A stretch of DNA of 64,000 bases from an uncultured bacterium. GTDB lineage: Bacteria; Patescibacteriota; Saccharimonadia; UBA4664. The stretch spans positions 33,350 to 97,349 of the forward strand of contig CAVUEQ010000003.1 in NCBI GenBank assembly GCA_963740635.1. Reading direction: 5' to 3'. The notes below the pieces were generated by a model, which did no database searches, had not been told where the DNA came from, and saw only the letters and a program-made list of their open reading frames with translations. Positions 1 through 8,736 of the stretch are shown here, in pieces. A program made the position numbers and the translations under genes. Numbering within the stretch: the stretch's first letter is position 1; every line of letters begins with the position of its first letter.

Positions 1-468
1 AACGTAATTGAGGTCGGGTTTGTGCTCGGCCAGGAGTTGCTGGTGCAGATGCAGCTTGAAGCGCTCGGTTTCTTCGATCGATTTCACGCCGTACGAGAAT
101 TCACTTAGGCCCTTGATGCCGAAGTAATTCGTGACGCAGCCCAGCGCGATAATGAGTTCATCGTACGGATAGTTGGTGTGGCCGTCTTCTGAGAGGACGG
201 TTTTTGATGCGGGGTCAATTTTGACGATGACGTCCTGCACCAGGCGGACACCGGTGCCGGCCAGCAACGCCTCCAGCGGCAAGGCCGCCTCCGAGCGCGA
301 GCCGCCGGTGGCCGAATGATAGAACTGGGGGTAATAAGCGAAAGTGGTGAGGTTGGAGATGAGGGTGACATCGAGGCCGCGCTGACGGCCTAGCTTTTCG
401 GCTGCCCGAAGGCCACCGAAACCGCCGCCGACGATAACGACCCTCGTTTTGCCTGACTGGTTACCCAT
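1..468 (-). CDS. ndh: Type II NADH dehydrogenase-like FAD-dependent oxidoreductase, N-terminal part (gene continues beyond position 1)
   Basis: Not in ORF track because there is no stop in the window. Own minus-strand translation from ATG (468-466): MGNQSGKTRVVIVGGGFGGLRAAEKLGRQRGLDVTLISN... It has a GxGxxG Rossmann motif and the frame stays open to position 1. Confidence 0.75.
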   Translation of the reverse strand, partial: MGNQSGKTRVVIVGGGFGGLRAAEKLGRQRGLDVTLISNLTTFAYYPQFYHSATGGSRSEAALPLEALLAGTGVRLVQDVIVKIDPASKTVLSEDGHTNYPYDELIIALGCVTNYFGIKGLSEFSYGVKSIEETERFKLHLHQQLLAEHKPDLNYV

Positions 469-515
469 GGTTATTCAATCATAAGCGGGATCGACGCAAA
501 CGGCAATTCCAGGCT

Positions 516-2693
516 CTAGAATAACGTGTCGACAATATTGGAATAATTATCGGTCCAGACGCGGACCCCGCGCCCCCGCAGCGGGCGCCAACCGGGATTT
601 TGCGCCAAACCGCCGAGGTCATCGGTGGTGCGGGCCATCACCACCCAGCGTGAGGCAAAGGCGCCGGCGGCGGTGTCGGGCTGGGAATCGTGACGGACCC
701 GGGCCTGCAAGTGCTGGTCGGCGGCCGCGGCGCGCAGGACTGGCTCGAGGTTGAGCTGCTTGTTGGTGATATGGATGGCGAGCAGTCCGTGTGGCGCCAA
801 ATGCTTAACGTACAACGAAACGGCTTCTCGCGTGAGCAGGTGCGTGGGGATGGAGTCGGAGCTGAAGGCATCGATGGCCAGTAGATCGTAGGTTTCCCCT
901 GATCGGGCGAGGTCGATGCGCCCGTCACCGATGACGGTACTGACGCGGGCCGGTGAGCGGCTAATGTAGGTGAACAGCGATGGGTCGGTGGCCACGTGCG
1001 CGATAGCCGGATCGATTTCATAGAAGGTCAGAGTGTCGCCCGGCCGGCCATAGGCGGCCATGGTGCCCGCGCCGAGCCCGACCACGCCGGTCCGGGCACA
1101 GGCCGAACGCTCGCGGCACTCCGAGATCACGTCACCCAACGGACCCGAGCGGCTGTAGTACGTGGTGGGCGTGGCGGGATTGCTCTTGAGCTGGCTGCCA
1201 TGCTGGGTGACACCATGCACTAAGACCCGTTTGTCGCCGGCGTCGTGGATCTTGATGACCCCGAAAAATGTGCGCTGCACAAACAGGTTGGACTGCGCCG
1301 CGAGTGTGACCGTAGGCATGATGAGCAATGGCAACATGCCAATCCCGTACGCAATCGGGCGGCGGCGGTATAGCCCGTACATTGCTGCCATGGCCAAAAT
1401 GACGACAACCGGCAGCGGGCTGCCGGGGCTAGCCGGAACCCGCAGGTAAAACGCGAGAATTACGCCGTAAAGCAGGTAGGGTATGAGCGCCAGCAATATG
1501 TTGAGCGACTGCGCCCGCCACAGTTTGCGCAGCGGTACCAGCAGTGGCAGCGTGAGAAGCAGGACAACGCCTAGCTCGTAGACATCATTGAATATGAGCG
1601 GTGCGATGAGGCTATTGAAGATGCCACCCAGCACTCCGCCAACCGCTACCCAAAGGTAAAACTCGGTGAGGCGCCCGGGTACGGGACGCCCGGCGGACAG
1701 GAGGCCGTGGGACACAAAGGCGATGACCGTGAAGAGCGCCAGGTAAAACACGGCTTCGAACGCCGGCAGCCAGGCCAGTGCCAATGTCGCGAACACGACG
1801 GTACCAAATAATCCCGCCGCCATGTAAGGCCTGAGCCGCCCGGCAATCCGCTCGGGGTGCGGGTGGCCAAACGTCACCACGAAACTCAGCAGGTACAGCG
1901 AGAGCGGTATGATCCACAGCAACGGAACGGCGGCCACGTCGGTGGTGATGTGGGTGGTGACGCCGAGCATGAGACTGGAGGGCAAAAAGGCCAGCCCCAC
2001 CCAGGTAAGCCGGCGCGGCCAAGGGATGGGCCGGGCGGTGGATTGGGCGGCCGGCAAGGCCTGGGCCGGGGCGCTGAAGCGGCGGCGGATGACCGCGCAG
2101 GCGGCTATGAGCAAGACGTAGCAGTAGTACCCAGCCGTCCACCAGCGTGACTGTTGCTGCAGGCTCAGCGTGGGCTCTACTACGAACGGATAGCTTAGCA
2201 AAGCCACGAAGCTGCCCAAATTGCCCGCCGCATACAGGAAATACGGGTTGGCGGCCTGAGGGTGGCTGGTGGCCGAGAACCAGCGCTGCAGCAGCGGGCC
2301 GGAGGTGGATAGCACAAAAAACGGCAACCCCACCAGCGCGGCCACAATCGCCAGCACTTGCAGCACCGGCTGGGCTCCTGCCGAACCCGCAGTGCCCGCC
2401 GCCGCGAACGCCGGGAGCGCCAACGGCAGCGTTGCCAGCGGGGCTAGCACCAGGGCCACCTGCAGCCACGGTTGCCGCCGCAGACCGAGCAGCCGCAGCG
2501 ACCAGTGGGCCCAGGCATACCCGGCCAACAACGCCGCCTGGAAAAACACCATGCACGTCACCCACACCGCCGGCGAGCCGCCAAACAGCGGCAGTAGCAT
2601 TTTGCCCGCCATCGGCTCGACCAAAAACAGCAGGGCGGCGCTCAGAAATGAGGCGCCAATGAACAGCGATTTCAGCGCCTGCTTGGCCAGCAT
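516..2693 (-). CDS. Polytopic membrane protein fused to a C-terminal spermidine-synthase-like domain
   Basis: 765-aa ORF in track. It has many hydrophobic segments and a C-terminal VVGLGAGTMAAY...DLLAIDAFSSDSIPTHLLT motif. Start moved to MLAKQALKSLF (ATG at 2693) because the upstream 40 aa are R/P-rich. Confidence 0.7.
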   Translation of the reverse strand: MLAKQALKSLFIGASFLSAALLFLVEPMAGKMLLPLFGGSPAVWVTCMVFFQAALLAGYAWAHWSLRLLGLRRQPWLQVALVLAPLATLPLALPAFAAAGTAGSAGAQPVLQVLAIVAALVGLPFFVLSTSGPLLQRWFSATSHPQAANPYFLYAAGNLGSFVALLSYPFVVEPTLSLQQQSRWWTAGYYCYVLLIAACAVIRRRFSAPAQALPAAQSTARPIPWPRRLTWVGLAFLPSSLMLGVTTHITTDVAAVPLLWIIPLSLYLLSFVVTFGHPHPERIAGRLRPYMAAGLFGTVVFATLALAWLPAFEAVFYLALFTVIAFVSHGLLSAGRPVPGRLTEFYLWVAVGGVLGGIFNSLIAPLIFNDVYELGVVLLLTLPLLVPLRKLWRAQSLNILLALIPYLLYGVILAFYLRVPASPGSPLPVVVILAMAAMYGLYRRRPIAYGIGMLPLLIMPTVTLAAQSNLFVQRTFFGVIKIHDAGDKRVLVHGVTQHGSQLKSNPATPTTYYSRSGPLGDVISECRERSACARTGVVGLGAGTMAAYGRPGDTLTFYEIDPAIAHVATDPSLFTYISRSPARVSTVIGDGRIDLARSGETYDLLAIDAFSSDSIPTHLLTREAVSLYVKHLAPHGLLAIHITNKQLNLEPVLRAAAADQHLQARVRHDSQPDTAAGAFASRWVVMARTTDDLGGLAQNPGWRPLRGRGVRVWTDNYSNIVDTLF

Positions 2694-2809
2694 TAATCTT
2701 CCACGCGCAGTTTGGCTTTGCCGTGCAGGGTGCGCTTGCCGCCACGGGAGCCGGCGGTGCCGTGGAATAGATCGCCGGCTGTGCGTATCATCCATGGTAC
2801 CGGAGAATT

Positions 2810-3670
2810 TCACTTTGCCTTGTATGGGTACGACAGATCAAGGGAGTCGGCATACTCGAAGGGCAGCCGATCGCCGGTGGCGTCTGGGTGCAGGCTACGA
2901 AGCAACTCGTGGCGCAGTCCGTCGCCGCCTAGCCCCTGCACCTGCAGGTCGAAAATCAGCTGGATAACCTGCTCCTGAACCTCCGCCGGGAATTGGCGGT
3001 GCTCGCCCGGCCTTTGATGGTATTCCAACGGCCTCGGCGGTGGATATTCTAGGCCAAAACTGTCGCCGAGCAAGCTTTTGACATCATTTATTTCATCCTG
3101 ATGCATGGGGCGGTCAGCTGTAACATGATTTCCGAACCGCTGGTATAGCTGCGGCTTGCCGTCGAGCGGCTTGCCATCCTTGCCAAAAGTCATCGTGATG
3201 CGAGTAAGAGCCGGCTCGCCGTCTTCAGTCTGGTTGGTGATAGTAAGGGTTTTGGAGTCATCTACAACATGCACACCGGCCAGAACGTTGTATGCAGACC
3301 TCGCTTCGATGTTGCCTCTGGTGGATGGCCCGGACGTGTAATGCCGCTCAAAATCGCGAAGCGTATCGTAAACCGGCAGGTTCATGCCGTTGCGCAGGGG
3401 GGTTTCGAGCGAATAATTGTGAGCCTCGGAACTGCCCTGCATGGTACTTTGCTTTTCGGGCTTCACAGTCCCAGCCCCCATGGCTGCGTCGGTGATCATC
3501 TTGTCGAGGCCGACTTGGATGTATGGACTGATCTCGGGGGTGTCAGGCGCCTCGGCCGAATCGTCTGGGCGTGGTACATGAACTAATTCTTGGCCGAGGT
3601 CGCGGGAAGCTTTGGCTGCGTTAAAGGTCGCCTCATCGTCGTGGCTTAGCTCGTCAGCGCGGCTGGTCAT
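2810..3670 (-). CDS. Hypothetical protein (acidic N-terminus, no recognisable domain)
   Basis: 290-aa ORF in track. Start moved to ATG 3670 (MTSRADEL), which is preceded by GAGG. Codons are GC3-rich. Confidence 0.55.
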   Translation of the reverse strand: MTSRADELSHDDEATFNAAKASRDLGQELVHVPRPDDSAEAPDTPEISPYIQVGLDKMITDAAMGAGTVKPEKQSTMQGSSEAHNYSLETPLRNGMNLPVYDTLRDFERHYTSGPSTRGNIEARSAYNVLAGVHVVDDSKTLTITNQTEDGEPALTRITMTFGKDGKPLDGKPQLYQRFGNHVTADRPMHQDEINDVKSLLGDSFGLEYPPPRPLEYHQRPGEHRQFPAEVQEQVIQLIFDLQVQGLGGDGLRHELLRSLHPDATGDRLPFEYADSLDLSYPYKAK

Positions 3671-4013
3671 TGTTAGCCTCAATTTCTGTTATGCGTTCGC
3701 GCACGATGTCCTTAATGAGGGCTTCGGGGAGCGGTTTATCGAGCGTGAAGCGAATGGTGCCGCGTGATAGGCTGTAGGAGCTAAGCTTGTCTTTGAGCGC
3801 CTCTACCGGACCGGAGGACGGAAAGATGCTCAAGTGGTCCTTGAGGGCGTTAAAGGCAATCAGGTATTTTTTCTGGTACTTGTAGCCGGGCATCCCGTAC
3901 GTTATGACCTCGACGGCGTCGGGTGCGGTTTCGTGCACAATGCGGCGGATGCGCTCGAGCTCGGCGCGCTCGGGAGGTGGAATTTTCTCGAAGTAGTCAT
4001 CGATCACAGACAT
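3654..4013 (-). CDS. DUF1801 / YdhG-like domain protein
   Basis: 119 aa. The MSVIDDYFEKIPPPERAELERIRRIVHETAPDAVEVITYGMPGYKY pattern is typical of the YdhG/DUF1801 family. Confidence 0.7.
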   Translation of the reverse strand: MSVIDDYFEKIPPPERAELERIRRIVHETAPDAVEVITYGMPGYKYQKKYLIAFNALKDHLSIFPSSGPVEALKDKLSSYSLSRGTIRFTLDKPLPEALIKDIVRERITEIEANNDQPR

Positions 4014-4029
4014 AACAACATCTTAGCAA

Positions 4030-4611
4030 ATGGCTATAATTAAGGGCATGGAACCGCAAAATGTCATTTATGTGAAGAGTGCCCGGGAGATGCGCGAGTG
4101 GTTTGAGCGTAACTACCAGACGGCTCCGGAGATGTGGCTGGTGAACCCGAATAAGGCCTCGGGTAAGCCGCGCGTGGTCTATAACGACGCGGTGGAGGTG
4201 GCGCTGTGCTTCGGCTGGATTGACAGCACCCAGCGCAAGCACGACGCGGAGTCGGCGGTGCAGCGCTACACCCCCCGGCGGCGCGGCAGCACCTACTCGC
4301 AACCCAACGTCGAGCGGCTGCGCAAGCTTAAGGCCGAGGGGCTGCTGAAGCCGGAGGTGGCCGAGGCAGTGGCGCCGGTGCTGGCGGCGGAGTTTGTGTG
4401 GCCGGCGGACATTATGGCGGCCATCCGGGCCGACGAATTGGCCTGGAAGAACTTTCAGAAATTCTCGGACACGTACAGGCGTATCCGGGTGGCCTATGTG
4501 GAGGGCGCGCGCAAGCGGTCCGACGAATTCAAAAAGCGCCTGGCCAACCTGGTGGCACAGAGCGCTAAGAACAAAATGATCGGCTACGGCGGGATAGATT
4601 CGTACTTCTAA
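4030..4611 (+). CDS. YdeI/OmpD-associated family protein
   Basis: 193 aa. It carries the VEVALCFGWIDSTQRKHD and RYTPRRRGSTYSQPN motifs characteristic of YdeI-like proteins. Confidence 0.65.
   Translation: MAIIKGMEPQNVIYVKSAREMREWFERNYQTAPEMWLVNPNKASGKPRVVYNDAVEVALCFGWIDSTQRKHDAESAVQRYTPRRRGSTYSQPNVERLRKLKAEGLLKPEVAEAVAPVLAAEFVWPADIMAAIRADELAWKNFQKFSDTYRRIRVAYVEGARKRSDEFKKRLANLVAQSAKNKMIGYGGIDSYF
4576..4611 (+). repeat. Direct repeat copy 1 (last 36 nt of the ydeI-like CDS)
   Basis: ATGATCGGCTACGGCGGGATAGATTCGTACTTCTAA. The 17-nt core GGGATAGATTCGTACTT (4591-4607) is identical to 5580-5596. Confidence 0.9.
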
Positions 4612-5477
4612 GTGTGCGGGTTGAGCCCTTCGAGAGCTTCCTTGGACCGGGCGACCTCGTTGTGGGGGTCAGCGCGGACCAGGTCCGGGCCGTATTTTGC
4701 CAGTAAGTTGTTGAGCAGAGTTTCATCCTCCATTCTACGCCCCCACGTTTCATCCGCATCTTCGGGATGCTTAGATTCTATTTCGACGAGATAGTTATTA
4801 GCTACGCTAATCGAATCCATGGGGTTTTCGCCTAATTCCTGGCGTAGGCGGAGTAACGTTCTTAGCTCTTGCTGCCGTTCCGCTTGGCCGCCCTGGGGAT
4901 TTGTGCGGCGCTCCTGGGTCAGCTTGTCGATCATATCTTGCAGCGTGTGTTCACTATCCTCTCCCCACAGGTTGTCGAGGTGTTCGTACCCTTTGGCCTG
5001 GAGGTCCGAGACCATTTGACTCTCGGATATCTGGGCTTTCAGGGCCCTCATGTATTTATGGACATACACCGGTTTTTCAGCTTTTCCCCCACCGGCTGCT
5101 TTCTCTCCCTGGCTGGCGGCGATTCTGAGCATATTCTTGATAGCAAGCTCTGAGTCGTCGCCAATGTCGTCCCAGGTCATTTCGTTATCAGGAGTGTTAT
5201 CGCTTTCATCGCGACTCATCCGGTACATCTCCAAAGCCAACTCGACGTACTCAGCTGAGGCCGGGTTGGTTGTGTAATCGGGCCGGTTTTCTGGTCGCTC
5301 GGGCCACTGACCCGGGCCGGCCTGATCGTAAGCCTTCACCGTGGCATCCGTGTCTATTGTCTCCGCCAGAAGCTTGGGCAGGGGCCGCACTACGTTTTGC
5401 GCTTCATCAAAAATCTTCTGATAATCGGTATTAGCAGCTCCACTTTGTTCGTCTGAAATGTCTTCGGGATTGCGCAT
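4608..5477 (-). CDS. Hypothetical acidic protein (orphan) lying between the direct repeats
   Basis: 289-aa ORF in track. It is D/E-rich, has no TM segment and no motif I recognise. Confidence 0.6.
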   Translation of the reverse strand: MRNPEDISDEQSGAANTDYQKIFDEAQNVVRPLPKLLAETIDTDATVKAYDQAGPGQWPERPENRPDYTTNPASAEYVELALEMYRMSRDESDNTPDNEMTWDDIGDDSELAIKNMLRIAASQGEKAAGGGKAEKPVYVHKYMRALKAQISESQMVSDLQAKGYEHLDNLWGEDSEHTLQDMIDKLTQERRTNPQGGQAERQQELRTLLRLRQELGENPMDSISVANNYLVEIESKHPEDADETWGRRMEDETLLNNLLAKYGPDLVRADPHNEVARSKEALEGLNPHT

Positions 5478-5565
5478 AGCGAGCTTTCATTTACTTGTGG
5501 GTATTGTAGCCCCCGGCCCAGGGGCTAGCAATCACACCGCTGATTGCGAGACTGCCAGTGACCGG

Positions 5566-5600
5566 ATGATAGGCTAGGTGGGATAGATTCGTACTTTTGA
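5566..5600 (+). repeat. Direct repeat copy 2 (relic 3' end of the ydeI-like gene)
   Basis: ATGATAGGCTAGGTGGGATAGATTCGTACTTTTGA. It still reads GGIDSYF-stop in frame, with synonymous differences from copy 1. Confidence 0.9.
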
Positions 5601-5614
5601 ATGATTGCTGTGTT

Positions 5615-5653
5615 GTGCACGGAGCGAGCGGAGTGTCCACTCGCTCCGTGCAC
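5615..5653. terminator. Perfect 14-bp stem hairpin, probable bidirectional terminator
   Basis: GTGCACGGAGCGAG, an 11-nt loop, then CTCGCTCCGTGCAC. It lies between repeat copy 2 and the stop of the minus-strand gene 5677..5973. There is no clear U-tract. Confidence 0.5.
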
Positions 5654-5676
5654 GTAGGCGGGGGCGCGGCCGCGGC

Positions 5677-5973
5677 CTATGGCTCGAGCGGCCCGTCGTG
5701 AAACCCCCGGAACGGCTTGACCTTCACCGGGACGAGGTAGTGCCGGGCGAGGCGGATGGCCCCGGCCTCGAGACGCGCCATGAGGTTGTCCTCGGTGCCG
5801 TTGAGCCACAGCTCGCTGCCGTCGGGAGACAAACTCACGGACTGCACGCCCGCGAGCTTGCGGACGTCGGCCGCGAGCGCCTCCGCCTGCTCGAGGGTGA
5901 GCCTGAGGATGGTGAAGACGCGGAGGCGGTAGGCTCTCTCGATCGTGATCGAGGGGGTGCTGTCGTCGGACAT
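5677..5973 (-). CDS. Hypothetical small protein, visibly more GC-rich than its neighbours
   Basis: Start chosen at ATG 5973 (MSDDSTPSITIERAY...) with AAGGAG upstream. Third codon positions are almost all G/C. The overlapping 189-aa ORF 5525..6094 is R/P-rich and was rejected. Confidence 0.5.
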   Translation of the reverse strand: MSDDSTPSITIERAYRLRVFTILRLTLEQAEALAADVRKLAGVQSVSLSPDGSELWLNGTEDNLMARLEAGAIRLARHYLVPVKVKPFRGFHDGPLEP

Positions 5974-6128
5974 TCGGATCTCCTTCGGTTGGTGTAGCGA
6001 CTGGTCGAACGGACTTGCGGATTCTAGCATTAAATGGCCTCGCTTGCAACTGGCCGGGCGTGACTCCTAAGATCACAGCCGGTATCGGCCCCAAAGGGTT
6101 AGAATAGGGCTAGTAATAGGAAGCAATT

Positions 6129-6461
6129 ATGAAAATCGTGACGACCGAAGTGCTTGAGGGTTACCGGATAGTGGAGATGAAGGGGCAGGTGTTTGGGCTG
6201 GTAGTGCGCAGCCGGGGGTTGGGCGGCAATATTATGGCCGGCCTGCGCTCGCTGGTGGGCGGCGAGATCCACGAGTACACCAGCCTGCTCGAGGACGCCC
6301 GCCGCAGCGCGGTGGACCGGATGGTGAAAAACGCCAATGCCATGGGTGCGAACGCGGTGTTGCGCATGCAGTTTGATTCGTCGGAGCTGGGCGGCACCAT
6401 GAGCGAGATCGTGGCGTACGGCACGGCGGCGGTGGTAGAGCCCGAGAAGCCCGAGAAATGA
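6129..6461 (+). CDS. ybjQ: YbjQ/UPF0145 family protein
   Basis: 110 aa. The MKIVTTEVLEGYRIVEMKGQVFGLVVRSRGLGGNIMAGLRSLVGGEI pattern is typical of YbjQ. Confidence 0.8.
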   Translation: MKIVTTEVLEGYRIVEMKGQVFGLVVRSRGLGGNIMAGLRSLVGGEIHEYTSLLEDARRSAVDRMVKNANAMGANAVLRMQFDSSELGGTMSEIVAYGTAAVVEPEKPEK

Positions 6462-6757
6462 AAACGCTGAAGGTTGTGCTGCTGGTAGCGGCGGTCTTGT
6501 TTGGATTGGGGGCGCTCGGGACGGCCGCGGCCGGGCTGTGGATCCCGGCGCTGTACCTGCTGGTGAGCGCCACGGTGCTGGTGATTGGGGCGCTGTTTGA
6601 GCGCGGACGCTACCGGCCGGAGGTATCGGCGGGCGGAGACTGGGAGATGACCGATGAGAAATTCCGGGACGATGCTACCGGCAAATGGATGCAGGTGCGC
6701 TACAACAAGCGCACCGGCGAGCGGGATTATGTAGAAATGCCCACCGGTCCGCGCTAG
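6458..6757 (+). CDS. Small membrane protein, hypothetical
   Basis: 99 aa with two hydrophobic segments. It overlaps the ybjQ stop by 4 nt, which suggests an operon. Confidence 0.6.
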   Translation: MKTLKVVLLVAAVLFGLGALGTAAAGLWIPALYLLVSATVLVIGALFERGRYRPEVSAGGDWEMTDEKFRDDATGKWMQVRYNKRTGERDYVEMPTGPR

Positions 6758-6801
6758 CGGAACGGCAGGCATTCCACTAACGCGGCCCTGGCGGGCATAT
6801 G

Positions 6802-7740
6802 TCAGGCGTGACGGGCCGGGCCGAAGTAGAACAGCCAGAACCCGTATGCCGCCAGTCCGAAGCCGATCGCGGCGGCCGCGGGCATCAAGAACGAGATCCA
6901 CTTGCTGTGCTGCTGCACCGGGGTGTCGTGGTCGATGAGGTAGCGGCGGCGTAGCCGGTAGCTGGGCGTGTACACGATGTGCCACCACCAGCGCGGCTGC
7001 CGGCCGCTGCGGCGGTTGGCGTCGATGAAGAAATACTGCGTATCGGCAGCCACCTTCATGAACACCCAACGGGCGAACACATAGGAGGCCAGGAAGCCGA
7101 TCGCCTTCACCTGCCATTTGCCGCTGGCCGCCCACAGGGTCACTTCCTGCGCAATCAGCGAGTGGCCGTGAATCACGATGCCGGGGTCGTTCAGCACCGG
7201 GATGGTGGCGAACAGCACGATCCCGATCACGAAGCCCGGAATCCCGGCGATGGTCGACGTGAACGGGCTGAACGCGAACTGCAGCGGCGTCACCGGCGTC
7301 TTCTGGTCGCGGGTGGGCAGATGCAGCTTGGTGGTCCAGAACCCCGGCTCATCTTCTTTCCAGGCGAGCGGGTTGGCCGTGGCCGATTGGACACCGAGAC
7401 CGGCCCACAGCCCCTCCCAGACATCCCGGATGTTGTGCCGCAAGTCCGTCCACCACACATAGGCATGGAAGCCGGTGTATTGAGGCAGGTGGTCCCAGGT
7501 GTACTTGAAGCTCACAGTGGTGAAGCCGAGGTGCCAGTGCCACTGGGTGATCATGAAATACAGCGCCGCCACGATCCACACCCCGACGTGGCCGAGGACG
7601 TAGATCCAACCAATGTTCTCCACTTTGTGGTGGGTCTTCAGCCGGTACTTCTCCGGCGGACGGGGGCGGTTCTGCCAGCGGCGCTTGATGGCACCCAGCA
7701 GGCCCAGCCGCAACCGGCCGGTGGTCTGAGTAAGGGACAT
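6802..7740 (-). CDS. Trp-rich integral membrane protein, hypothetical
   Basis: 312-aa ORF with several TM segments and no recognised family. Confidence 0.65.
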   Translation of the reverse strand: MSLTQTTGRLRLGLLGAIKRRWQNRPRPPEKYRLKTHHKVENIGWIYVLGHVGVWIVAALYFMITQWHWHLGFTTVSFKYTWDHLPQYTGFHAYVWWTDLRHNIRDVWEGLWAGLGVQSATANPLAWKEDEPGFWTTKLHLPTRDQKTPVTPLQFAFSPFTSTIAGIPGFVIGIVLFATIPVLNDPGIVIHGHSLIAQEVTLWAASGKWQVKAIGFLASYVFARWVFMKVAADTQYFFIDANRRSGRQPRWWWHIVYTPSYRLRRRYLIDHDTPVQQHSKWISFLMPAAAAIGFGLAAYGFWLFYFGPARHA

Positions 7741-7852
7741 CTTGGTCTCTTCTCTGTGCGGTCCGTCATGGAATATGTCAATCTTCCCGCTCTGAAGCCA
7801 GGAAGTCCGTCCTATAGAACCATACGATTACGCTTCTGGCAAGAGTAGCTAC

Positions 7853-7885
7853 TTGCCATGTGGACTCATGTGCGTACAATGTACG
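7853..7885 (+). promoter_or_regulatory. Putative mazEF promoter with overlapping operator palindrome
   Basis: TTGCCA (7853-7858), 16 nt, then TACAAT (7875-7880). The palindrome CGTACAaTGTACG (7873-7885) overlaps the -10. The ATG at 7890 is only 9 nt after the -10, so the transcript may be leaderless. Confidence 0.45.
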
Positions 7886-7889
7886 TATT

Positions 7890-8198
7890 ATGACAACTAT
7901 ATCATCAAGACTCACTACGTCCGGAAATAGCAAAGCCGTCAGACTGCCCAATGCCCTACTCAGGCTAAGCCAGCTTGGCGATGCCGTTGAACTGGAGGCG
8001 AGACCGGGCGAAATAATTATTCGGGCCGCGAATAACCCAAGGGCAGGCTGGCGGGAAAAGATTCAGAAGCTCCTGGCCGCACATGGCGATCCGGCGAACG
8101 AGTTTGGGCAGTGGGGTAATTCGGCCGGTGACGGGCTGGAGGACACACCATGGGACGGCCCGACCTACGAGGAATGGGTAAAGCGTGGCAAACATTAA
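7890..8198 (+). CDS. mazE: AbrB/MazE/SpoVT-type antitoxin
   Basis: The MTTISSRLTTSGNSKAVRLPNALLRLSQLGDAVELEARPGEIIIR fold signature. It overlaps the downstream toxin gene by 14 nt. Confidence 0.75.
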   Translation: MTTISSRLTTSGNSKAVRLPNALLRLSQLGDAVELEARPGEIIIRAANNPRAGWREKIQKLLAAHGDPANEFGQWGNSAGDGLEDTPWDGPTYEEWVKRGKH

Positions 8199-8511
8199 AA
8201 GGTTCTCGATATACTGGTTTGATCCTGATCCGGGAAAGGGTTCTGAGCTTCAAAAAATTCGCCCTGGTATCGTCATCTCCCCCGATGAGATGAGTGAGCT
8301 TTTGAGGTCAGTGCTTATTATTCCGCTAACGACAACGGTGATTCGCTGGCCATTTCGGGTGCCGGTTGAAATCATGGGGCAGCAGTCGAATGCGGCCTGC
8401 GATCAGCTACGAGCTATAGACAAGTCAAGACTTAAAGACCGCATCGGGGATCTTTCCGCCAAACAACAAAAGGCGCTCATGGTGGTGCTCCGGGTGATAA
8501 TCGCAGATTAG
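8185..8511 (+). CDS. mazF: MazF/PemK-family endoribonuclease toxin
   Basis: 108 aa with a GTG start. The FDPDPGKGSELQKIRPGIVISPDEM...IIPLTT motifs are typical of PemK/MazF. Confidence 0.85.
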   Translation: MANIKRFSIYWFDPDPGKGSELQKIRPGIVISPDEMSELLRSVLIIPLTTTVIRWPFRVPVEIMGQQSNAACDQLRAIDKSRLKDRIGDLSAKQQKALMVVLRVIIAD

Positions 8512-8532
8512 ATCAGGACCTAGGCTGGTACC

Positions 8533-8712
8533 ATGAACCAGCCGAAGATGTGGCATGGTCAAGGCAAGCAGTGGCAAGGCCGCGGCAAACAGAAAGGGAT
8601 GATGGCAATATTGCTGGTGCCGTTGGCGATAGTTGCCGGCCTGGCGGTCATGACTATGAGGCGCAAGTCTCAGAAGACGGATGGGGAGACGGCCGACAAA
8701 GACGAGGGTTAG
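8533..8712 (+). CDS. Possible 59-aa single-pass membrane peptide
   Basis: Own translation, below the ORF-track cutoff: MNQPKMWHGQGKQWQGRGKQKGMMAILLVPLAIVAGLAVMTMRRKSQKTDGETADKDEG. It has one TM segment flanked by basic residues. Confidence 0.35.
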   Translation: MNQPKMWHGQGKQWQGRGKQKGMMAILLVPLAIVAGLAVMTMRRKSQKTDGETADKDEG

Positions 8713-8736
8713 CAATATGTGATAAAGGGCAAATAG

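Noticed and set aside
1612-2745. Long alternative-frame or antisense ORFs in the track. Examples are 1612..2745, 15505..17466, 35516..36598, 48761..50347, 62964..63875, 6161..7135, and the first ~440 codons of 46871..48754.
   Set aside because: Their translations are Arg/Pro/Gly/Ala-rich with no motifs. They overlap clearly conserved genes in another frame. These are the shadow ORFs expected in GC-rich DNA.
5525-6094. 189-aa ORF overlapping 5677..5973 in another frame.
   Set aside because: It has an R/P/H-rich low-complexity translation. The 5677..5973 frame has the GC3 bias and a good RBS.
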